Position numbers and translations under genes: made by a program. The notes below the pieces were generated by a model. That model saw only the letters and a list, made by a program, of their open reading frames with translations, ran no database searches and had not been told where the DNA came from. 64,000 bases of DNA, taken from assembly GCA_964016885.1 (NCBI GenBank), contig OZ024740.1, forward strand, positions 137,144,001-137,208,000, read 5' to 3'. The DNA is from Eledone cirrhosa (taxonomy: Eukaryota). Below, in pieces: positions 55,001 through 64,000 of this stretch. Position 1 is the stretch's first letter. Every line of letters starts with the position of its first letter.

Positions 55001-58000
55001 TCAATCTCCAATTCTCTCTTTCTCTTATCACTTGTCCCCCAATCTACAATTCTCTCTTTCTCTTATCACTTTTCTCTCAATCTCCAATTCTCTCTTTCTC
55101 TTGTCACTTTTCTCTCAATCTCCAATTCTCTCTTTCTCTTATCACTTTTCTGCCAATCTCCAATTCTCTCTTTCTCTTATCACTTTTCTCTCAATCTGCA
55201 ATTCTCTCTTTCTCTTATCACTTTTCTCTCAATCTCCAATTCTCTCATTCTCTTCTCACTTTTCCCCTAATCTCCAATTCTCTCTTTCTCTTCTCACTTT
55301 TCTCTCAATCTCCAATTCTCTCTTTCTCTTATCACTTTTCTCTCAATCTCCAATTCTCCCTTTCTCTTATCACTTTTCTCTCAATCTCCAACTCTCTCTT
55401 TCTGTTATCGCTTTTCTCTCAAGCTCCAATTCTCTCTTTCTCTTCTCACTTTTCTCTCAATCTCCAATCCTCTCTTTGTGTTCTCAGTTTTCCCCCAATC
55501 TCCAATTCTCTCTTTCTCTTATCACTTTTCTCTCAATCTCCAATTTTTTCTTTCTCTTATCACTTTTCTCTCAATCTCCAATCTCTCTTTCTCATATCAC
55601 TTTTCTCTCAAACTCCAATTCTCTCTTTCTCTCATCACTTTTCTCTCAATCTCCAATTCTCTCTTTCTCTTATCACTTTTGTCTCAATCTCCAACCCTCT
55701 CTTTCTCTTATCCCTTTTCTCTCAATCTCCAATTCTCTCTTTCTCTTCTCACTTTTCTCTCAATCTCCAATCCTCTCTATCTGTTCTCAGTTTTCCCCCA
55801 ATCTCCAATTCTCTATTTCTCTTAGCACTTTTCTTTCAATCCCCCATTCTCCCTCTCTCTTATCACTTTTCTCTCAATCTCCAATTCTCTCTTTCTCTTA
55901 TCACTTTTCTCTCAATCTCCAATTCTCTCTTTCTCTTCTCACTTTTCCCCTAATCTCCAATTCTCTCTTTCTCTTATCACTTTTCTCTCAATCCCCAATT
56001 CTCTCTTTCTCTCATCACTTTTCTCTCAATCTCCAATTCTCTCTTTCTCTTATCACTTTTCTCTCAATCTCCAATTCTCTCTTTCTCTTATCCATTTTCT
56101 CTCAATTTGCAATTCTCTCTTTCTTTTCTGACTTTTCCCCCAATCTCCAATTCTCTCTTTCTCTTCACACTTTTCCCCCAATCTCCAATTCTCTCTTTCT
56201 CTTATCACTTTTCCCCCAATCTCCAATTCTCTCTTTCTCTTCACACTTTTCCCCCAATCTCCAATTCTCTCTTTCTCTTCTCACTTTTCTCTCAATCTCC
56301 AATTCTCTCTTTCTCTTATCACTTTTCTCTCAATCTCCAATCCTCTCTTTCTCTTATCACTTTTCTCTCAATCACTTTTCTCTCAATCTCCAATTCTCTC
56401 TTTCTCTTATCACTTTTCTCTCAATCTCCAATACTCTCTTTCTCTTTTCACTTTTCTCTCAATCTCCAATTCTCTCTTTCTCTTATCACTTTTCTCTCAA
56501 TCTCCAATACTCTCTTTCTCTTCTCACTTTTCTCTCAATCTCCAATTCTCGCTTTCTCTTCTCACTTTTCCCCCAATCTCCAATTCTCTCTTTCTCTTCT
56601 CACTTTTCTCTCAATCTCCAATTCTCTCTTTCTCTTATCACTTTTCTCTCAATCTACAATCCTCTCTTTCTCTTATCACTTTTCTCTCAATCACTTTTCT
56701 CTCAATCTCCAATTCTCTCTTTCTCTTATCACTTTTCCCCCAATATCCACTCCTCTCTTTCTCTTATCACTTTTCTCTCAATCTCCATTTCTCTCTTTCT
56801 CATATCAGTTTTCTCTCAAACTCCAATTCTCTCTTTCTCTCATCACTTTTCTCTCAAACTCCAATTCTCTCTTTCTCTTATCACTTTTCTCTCAATCTAC
56901 AACTCTCTCTTTGTCTTATCCCTTTTCTCTCAATCTCCAATTATCTCTTTCTCTTATCACTTTTCTCTCAATCTCCAATTCTCTCTTTCCCTTCTCACTT
57001 TTCTTTCAATCTCCAATTCTCTCTTTCTCTTCTCACTTTTCTCTCAATCTCCAATCCTCTTTATCTGTTCTCAGTTTTCACCCAATCTCCAATTCTCTCT
57101 TTCTCTTATCACTTTTCTCTCAATCTCCCATTCTCTCTCTCTCTTATCACTTTTCTCTCAATCACCAATTCTCTCTTTCTCTTATCACTTCTCTCTCAAT
57201 CTCCAATTCTCTCTTTCTCTTATCACTTGTCCCCCAATCTACAATTCTCTCTTTCTCTTATCACTTTTCTCTCAATCTCCAATTCTCTCTTTCTCTTATC
57301 ACTTTTCTCTCAATCTCCAATTCTCTCTTTCTCTTATCACTTTTCTGCCAATCTCCAATTCTCTCTTTCTCTTATCACTTTTCTCTCAATCTCCAATTCT
57401 CTCTTTCTCTTATCACTTTTCTCTCAATCTCCAATTCTCTCATTCTCTTCTCACTTTTCCCCTAATCTCCAATTCTCTCTTTCTCTTATCACTTTTCTCT
57501 CAATCTCCAATTCTCTCTTTCTCTCATCACTTTTCTCTCAATCTCCTATTCTCTCTTTCTCTTATCACTTTTCTCTCAATCTCCAATTCTCTCTTTCTCT
57601 TATCCATTTTCTCTCAATCTCCAATTCTCTCTTTCTTTTCTCACTTTTCCCCCAATATCCAATTCTCTCTTTCTCTTCACACTTTTCCCCCAATCTCCAA
57701 TTCTCTCTTTCTCTTATCACTTTTCTCTCAATCTCCAATTTTTTCTTTCTCTTATCACTTTTCTCTCAATCTCCAATCTCTCTTTCTCATATCACTTTTC
57801 TCTCAAACTCCAATTCTCTCTTTCTCTCATCACTTTTCTCTCAATCTCCAATTCTCTCTTTCTCTTATCACTTTTCTCTCAATCTCCAATTCTCTCTTTC
57901 TCTTCTCACTTTTCTCTCAATCTCCAATCCTCTCTATCTGTTCTCAGTTTTCCCCCAATCTCCAATTCTCTATTTCTCTTAGCACTTTTCTTTCAATCCC

Positions 58001-60030
58001 CCATTCTCCCTCTCTCTTATCACTTTTCTCTCAATCTCCAATTCTCTCTTTCTCTCATCACTTTTCTCTCAATCTCCAATTCTCTCTTTCTCTCATCACT
58101 TTTCTCTCAATCTCCAATTCTCTCTTTCTCTTATTAGTTTTCTCTCAATCTCCAATTCTCTCTTTCTCTTATCACTTTTATCTCAATCTCCAATTCTCTC
58201 TTTCTCTTATCACTTTTCTCTCAATCTCCATTTCTCTCTTTCTCTTAGCACTTGTTCCCCAATCTACAATTCTCTCTTACTCTTATCACTTTTCTCTCAA
58301 TCTCCAATTCTCTCTTTCTCTTATCACTTTTCCCATAATCTCCAATTCTCTCTTTCTCTTATCACTTTTCTCTCAATCTCCAATTCTCTCTTTCTCTTAT
58401 CACTTTTCTGCCAATCTCCAATTCTCTCTTTCTCTTATCACTTTTCTCTCAATCTCCAATTCTCTCTTTCTCTTATCACTTTTCTCTAAATCTCCAATTC
58501 TCTCTTTCTCTTATCACTGTTCTCTCAATCTCTAATTCTCTCTTTCTCTTATCACTTTTCCCATAATCTCCAATTCTCTCTTTCTCTTATCACTTTTCTC
58601 TCAATCTCCAATTCTCTCTTTCTCTTATCACTTTTCTCTAAATCTCCAATTCTCTCTTTCTCTTCTCACTTTTCCCCTAATCTCCAATTCTCTCTTTCTC
58701 TTATCACTTTTCTCTCAATCCCCAATTCTCTCTTTCTCTCATCACTTTTCTCTCAATCTCCAATTCTCTCTTTCTCTTATCACTTTTCTCTCAATCTCCA
58801 ATTCTCTCTTTCTCTTATCCATTTTCTCTCAATTTGCAATTCTCTCTTTCTTTTCTCACTTTTCCCCCAATCTCCAATTCTCTCTTTCTCTTCACACTTT
58901 TCCCCCAATCTCCAATTCTCTCTTTCTCTTATCACTTTTCTCTCAATCTCCAATTTTCTCTTTCTCTTATCACTTTTCTCTCAATCTCCAATCTCTCTTT
59001 CTCATATTACTTTTCTCTCAAACTCCAATTCTCTCTTTCTCTCATCACTTTTCTCTCAATCTCCAATTCTCTCTTTCTCTTATCACTTTTCTCTCAATCT
59101 CCAACTCTCTCTTTCTCTTATCCCTTTTCTCTCAATCTCCAATTCTCTCTTTCTCTTCTCACTTTTCTCTCAATCTCCAATCCTCTCTTTCTGTTCTCAG
59201 TTTTCCCCCAATCTCCAATTCTCTATTTCTCTTAGCACTTTTCTCTCAATCCCCCATTCTCTCCCTCTCTCATCACTTTTCTCTCAATCTCCAATTCTCT
59301 CTTTCTCTTATCACTTTTCTCTCAATCTCCAATTCTCTCTTTCTCTTATCACTTTTCTCTCAATCTCCAATTCTCTCTTTCTCTTATCAGTTTTCTCTCA
59401 ATCTGCAATTCTCTCTTTCTCTTATCACTTTTCTCTCAATCTCCAATTCTCTCTTTCTCTTCTCACTTTTCCCCTAATCTCCAATTCTCTCTTTCTCTTA
59501 TCACTTTTCTCTCAATCTCCAATTCTCTCTTTCTCTTATCACTTTTCTCTCAATCTCCAATTCTCTCTTTCTCTTATCCATTTTCTCTCAATCTGCAATT
59601 CTCTCTTTCTTTTCTCACTTTTCCCCCAATCTCCAATTCTCTCTTTCTCTTCACACTTTTCCCCCAATCTCCAATTCTCTCATTCTCTTCACACTTTTCC
59701 CCCAATCTCCAATTCTCTCTTTCTCTTCTCACTTTTCTCTCAATCTCCAATTCTCTCTTTCTCTTATCACTTTTCTCTCAATCTCCAATTCTCCCTTTCT
59801 CTTATCACTTTTCTCTCAATCTCCAACTCTCTCTTTCTGTTATCGCTTTTCTCTCAAGCTCCAATTCTCTCTTTCTCTTCTCACTTTTCTCTCAATCTCC
59901 AATCCTCTCTTTGTGTTCTCAGTTTTCCCCCAATCTCCAATTCTCTATTTCTCTTAGCACTTTTCTCTCAATCCCCCATTCTCTCTCTCTCTTATCACTT
60001 TTCTCTCAATCTCCAATTCTCTCTTTCTCT
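40086..60030 (+). repeat. Large higher-order duplication: copy A ~40086-48892 (8807 bp), copy B ~48893-60030 (~11.1 kb, internally expanded)
   Basis: Offsets step from 8807 (40152/48959; ATCTTCA 41464/50271) to 8959 (42214/51173; 44400/53359), 8997 (44937/53934) and 11116-11154 (46111/57227; 47680/58834; 48795/59911). Confidence 0.88.
52515..56764 (+). repeat. Nested tandem duplication, period 2119 bp, two copies, inside copy B of the large duplication
   Basis: ORF pairs 53359/55478, 53934/56053 and 53988/56107 are offset by 2119. The G of TTTGTCTTATCCC lies at 52599 and 54718. Confidence 0.9.
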
Positions 60031-63000
60031 TCTCACTTTTCTCTCAATCTCCAATTCTCTCTTTCTCTTATCACTTTTCTGTCAATCTCCAATTCTCTCT
60101 TTCTCTTATCACTTTTCTCTCAATCTCAATTCTCTCTTTCTCTTATCACTTTTCTCTCAATCTCCAATTCTCTGTTTCTCTTATCCATTTTCTCTCAATC
60201 TGCAATTCTCTCTTTCTTTTCTCACTTTACCCCCAATCTCCAATTCTCTCTTTCTCTTCACACTTTTCCCCCAATCTCCAATTCTCTCTTTCTCTTCACA
60301 CTTTTCCCCCAATCTCCAATTCTCTCTTTCTCTTCTTACTTTTCTCTCAATCTCCAATTCTCTCTTTCTCTTATCACCTTTCTCTCAATCTCCAAATCTC
60401 TGTTTCTCTTATCACTTTTCTCTCAATCTCCAACTCTCTCTTTCTCTTATCCCTTTTCTCTCAATCTCCAATTCTCTCTTTCTCTTCTCACTTTTCTCTC
60501 AATCTCCAATCCTCTCTTTCTGTTCTCAGTTTTCCCCCAATCTCCAATTCTCTATTTCTCTTAGCACTTTTCTCTCAATCCCCCATTCTCTCTCTCTCTT
60601 ATCACTTTTCTCTCAATCTCCAATTCCCTCTTTCTCTTATCACTTTTCTCTCAAACTCCAATTCTCTCTTTCTCTCATCACATTTCTCTCAATCTCCAAT
60701 TCTCTCTTTCTCTTATCAGTTTTCTCTCAATCTGCAATTCTCTCTTTCTCTTATCACTTTTCTCTCAATCTCCAATTCTCTCTTTCTCTTCTCACTTTTC
60801 CCCTAATCTCCAATTCTCTCTTTCTCTTATCACTTTTCTCTCAATCTCCAATTCTCTCTTTCTCTTATCACCTTTCTCTCAATCTCCAATTCTCTCTTTC
60901 TGTTATCACTTTTCTCTGAATCTCCAATTCTCTCTTTCTCTTATCCATTTTCTCTCAATCTGCAATTCTCTCTTTCTTTTCTCACTTTTCCCCCAATCTC
61001 CAATTCTCTCTTTCTCTTCACACTTTTCCCCCAATCTCCAATTCTCTCTTTCTCTTCACACTTTTCCCCCAATCTCCAATTCTCTCTTTCTCTTCTCACT
61101 TTTCTCTCAATCTCCAGTTCTCTCTTTCTCTTATCACTTTTCTCTCAATCTCCAATCCTCTCTTTCTCTTATCACTTTTCTCTCAATCACTTTTCTCTCC
61201 ATCTCCAATTCTCTCTTTCTCTTATCACTTTTCTCTCAATCTCCAATTCTCTCTTTCTCTTATCACTTTTCTCTCAATCCCCAATTCTCTCTTTCTCTTA
61301 TCACTTTCCTCTCAATCTCCAATACTCTCTTTCTCTTCTCACTTTTCCCCCCAATCTCCAATTCTCTCTTTCTCTTATCACTTTTCTCTCAATCTCCAAT
61401 TCTCTCTTTCTCTTATCACTTTTCTCTCAATCTCCAACTCTCTCTTTCTCTTATCCCTTTTCTCTCAATCTCCAATTATCTCTTTCTCTCATCACTTTTC
61501 TCTCAATCTCCAATTCTCTCTTTCTCTTCTCATTTTTCCCCAATCTCCAATTCTCTTTTTCTCTTTACACTTTTCCCCAACCTCCAATTCTCTCTTTCTC
61601 TTATCACTTTTCTCTCAATCTCCAATTCTCTCTTTCCTTTCTCACTTTTCTCTCAATCTCCAATTCTCTCTTTCTCTTCTCACTTTTCTCTCAATCTCCC
61701 ATTCTCTCTCTCTCTTATCACTTTTCTCTCAATCTCCAATTCTCTCTTTCTCTTATCCATTTTCTCTCAATCTGCAATTCTCTCTTTCTTTTCTCACTTT
61801 TCCCCCAATCTCCAATTCTCTCTTTCTCTTCACACTTTTCCCCCAATCTCCAATTCTCTCATTCTCTTCTCACTTTTCTCTCAATCTCCAATCCTCTCTT
61901 TCTGTTCTCAGTTTTCCCCCAATCTCCAATTCTCTATTTCTCTTAGCACTTTTCTCTCAATCCCCCATTCTCTCCCTCTCTTATCACTTTTCTCTCAATC
62001 TCCAATTCTCTCTTTCTCTTATCACTTTTCTCTCAATCTCCAATTCTCTCTTTCTCTTATCACTTTTCTCTCAATCTTCAATTCTCTCTTTCTCTTATCA
62101 GTTTTCTCTCAATCTGCAATTCTCTCTTTCTCTTATCACTTTTCTCTCAATCTCCAATTCTCTCTTTCTCTTCTCACTTTTCCCCCAATCTCCAATTCTC
62201 TCTTTCTCTTATCACTTTTCTCTCAATCTCCAATCCTCTCTTTCTCTTATCACTTTTCTCTCAATCACTTTTCTCTCAATCTCCAATTCTCTCTTTCTCT
62301 TATCACTTTTCTCTCAATCTCCAATACTCTCTTTCTCTTTTCACTTTTCTCTCAATCTCCAATACTCTCTTTCTCTTCTCACTTTTCTCTCAATCTCCAA
62401 TTCTCGCTTTCTCTTCTCACTTTTCCCCCAATCTCCAATTCTCTCTTTCTCTTATCACTTTTCTCTCAATCACTTTTCTCTCAATCTCCAATTCTCTCTT
62501 TCTCTTATCACTTTTCCCCCAATATCCACTCCTCTCTTTCTCTTATCACTTTTCTCTCAATCTCCAACTCTCTCTTTCTGTTATCGCTTTTCTCTCAAGC
62601 TCCAATTCTCTCTTTCTCTTCTCACTTTTCTCTCAATCTCCAATCCTCTCTTTGTGTTCTCAGTTTTCCCCCAATCTCCAATTCTCTATTTCTCTTAGCA
62701 CTTTTCTCTCAATCCCCCATTCTCTCTCTCTCTTATCACTTTTCTCTCAATCTCCAATTCTCTCTTTCTCTTCTCACTTTTCTCTCAATCTCCAATTCTC
62801 TCTTTCTCTTATCACTTTTCTGTCAATCTCCAATTCTCTCTTTCTCTTATCACTTTTCTCTCAATCTCAATTCTCTCTTTCTCTTATCACTTTTCTCTCA
62901 ATCTCCAATTCTCTGTTTCTCTTATCCATTTTCTCTCAATCTGCAATTCTCTCTTTCTTTTCTCACTTTACCCCCAATCTCCAATTCTCTCTTTCTCTTC

Positions 63001-64000
63001 ACACTTTTCCCCCAATCTCCAATTCTCTCTTTCTCTTCACACTTTTCCCCCAATCTCCAATTCTCTCTTTCTCTTCTTACTTTTCTCTCAATCTCCAATT
63101 CTCTCTTTCTCTTATCACCTTTCTCTCAATCTCCAAATCTCTGTTTCTCTTATCACTTTTCTCTCAATCTCCAACTCTCTCTTTCTCTTATCCCTTTTCT
63201 CTCAATCTCCAATTCTCTCTTTCTCTTCTCACTTTTCTCTCAATCTCCAATCCTCTCTTTCTGTTCTCAGTTTTCCCCCAATCTCCAATTCTCTATTTCT
63301 CTTAGCACTTTTCTCTCAATCCCCCATTCTCTCTCTCTCTTATCACTTTTCTCTCAATCTCCAATTCCCTCTTTCTCTTATCACTTTTCTCTCAAACTCC
63401 AATTCTCTCTTTCTCTCATCACATTTCTCTCAATCTCCAATTCTCTCTTTCTCTTATCAGTTTTCTCTCAATCTGCAATTCTCTCTTTCTCTTATCACTT
63501 TTCTCTCAATCTCCAATTCTCTCTTTCTCTTCTCACTTTTCCCCTAATCTCCAATTCTCTCTTTCTCTTATCACTTTTCTCTCAATCTCCAATTCTCTCT
63601 TTCTCTTATCACCTTTCTCTCAATCTCCAATTCTCTCTTTCTGTTATCACTTTTCTCTGAATCTCCAATTCTCTCTTTCTCTTATCCATTTTCTCTCAAT
63701 CTGCAATTCTCTCTTTCTTTTCTCACTTTTCCCCCAATCTCCAATTCTCTCTTTCTCTTCACACTTTTCCCCCAATCTCCAATTCTCTCTTTCTCTTCAC
63801 ACTTTTCCCCCAATCTCCAATTCTCTCTTTCTCTTCTCACTTTTCTCTCAATCTCCAGTTCTCTCTTTCTCTTATCACTTTTCTCTCAATCTCCAATCCT
63901 CTCTTTCTCTTATCACTTTTCTCTCAATCACTTTTCTCTCCATCTCCAATTCTCTCTTTCTCTTATCACTTTTCTCTCAATCTCCAATTCTCTCTTTCTC
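59795..64000 (+). repeat. Higher-order duplication, period 2741 bp, about 1.5 copies visible, truncated by the window end
   Basis: Identical 217-aa ORFs at 59911 and 62652. CACATTT at 60679 and 63420. Confidence 0.92.

Larger units (their letters stand above)
1..64000 (+). repeat. Tandem satellite array of a 38-bp pyrimidine-rich monomer (consensus ATCTCCAATTCTCTCTTTCTCTTATCACTTTTCTCTCA), about 1,680 head-to-tail copies, extending past both window edges
   Basis: The same 38-mer recurs continuously from base 1 to base 64000 in one orientation. Most copies match the consensus or carry a few substitutions. The ORF track shows the expected 38-aa (3-monomer, 114-nt) peptide repeat in all three + frames. 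Confidence 0.99.

Noticed and set aside
5696-63305. Long plus-strand ORFs as real membrane or repeat proteins
   Set aside because: They overlap in all three frames with the same peptide, and those checked start at chance TTG/GTG variants. They contain no non-repeat domain and follow directly from a G-less, stop-free monomer.
1-64000. CRISPR array (repeat length 38 bp is within the CRISPR range)
   Set aside because: Monomers abut directly with no unique spacers. There is no leader, no palindromic repeat and no cas gene.
1-64000. Embedded transposon, inversion, tRNA/rRNA or unique island
   Set aside because: None was seen on reading through. G occurs only as isolated substitutions and the orientation never flips. 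A very short insertion could have been missed by eye.
1-64000. Sequencing artefact such as a rolling-circle concatemer or low-complexity noise
   Set aside because: Specific variants recur in ordered, nested patterns with different divergence levels, which random error would not produce. Individual near-identical duplications still need read-level confirmation.
1-64000. Variant-cassette reservoir for antigenic variation or a diversity-generating system
   Set aside because: There is no expression locus, recombinase, reverse transcriptase or codon-structured variation in the window. Ordinary satellite turnover explains the pattern.

Overview
The whole 64-kb window is one uninterrupted, head-to-tail tandem satellite array. 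The monomer is 38 bp (consensus ATCTCCAATTCTCTCTTTCTCTTATCACTTTTCTCTCA; about 1,680 copies from 64000/38). The consensus has 19 T, 13 C, 6 A and no G, so the + strand is 84% pyrimidine. I found no gene, RNA gene, transposon, CRISPR spacer, inversion or unique sequence. The long ORFs in the track are by-products of the monomer: the consensus has no stop codon in any + frame. The informative structure lies in the order of variant monomers. These mark nested higher-order duplications of 152, 190, 304, 1610, 1747, 2119, about 2271, 2741, 5073, 8668 and about 8807-11,100 bp, plus long-range echoes at about 16-19 kb and about 60 kb. The architecture is most like eukaryotic centromeric/pericentromeric or other heterochromatic satellite DNA (inference). 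I cannot name the organism or satellite family from the sequence alone. All offsets and boundaries were read by eye from diagnostic variants and duplicated ORF coordinates, so boundaries are approximate to within one or two monomers.
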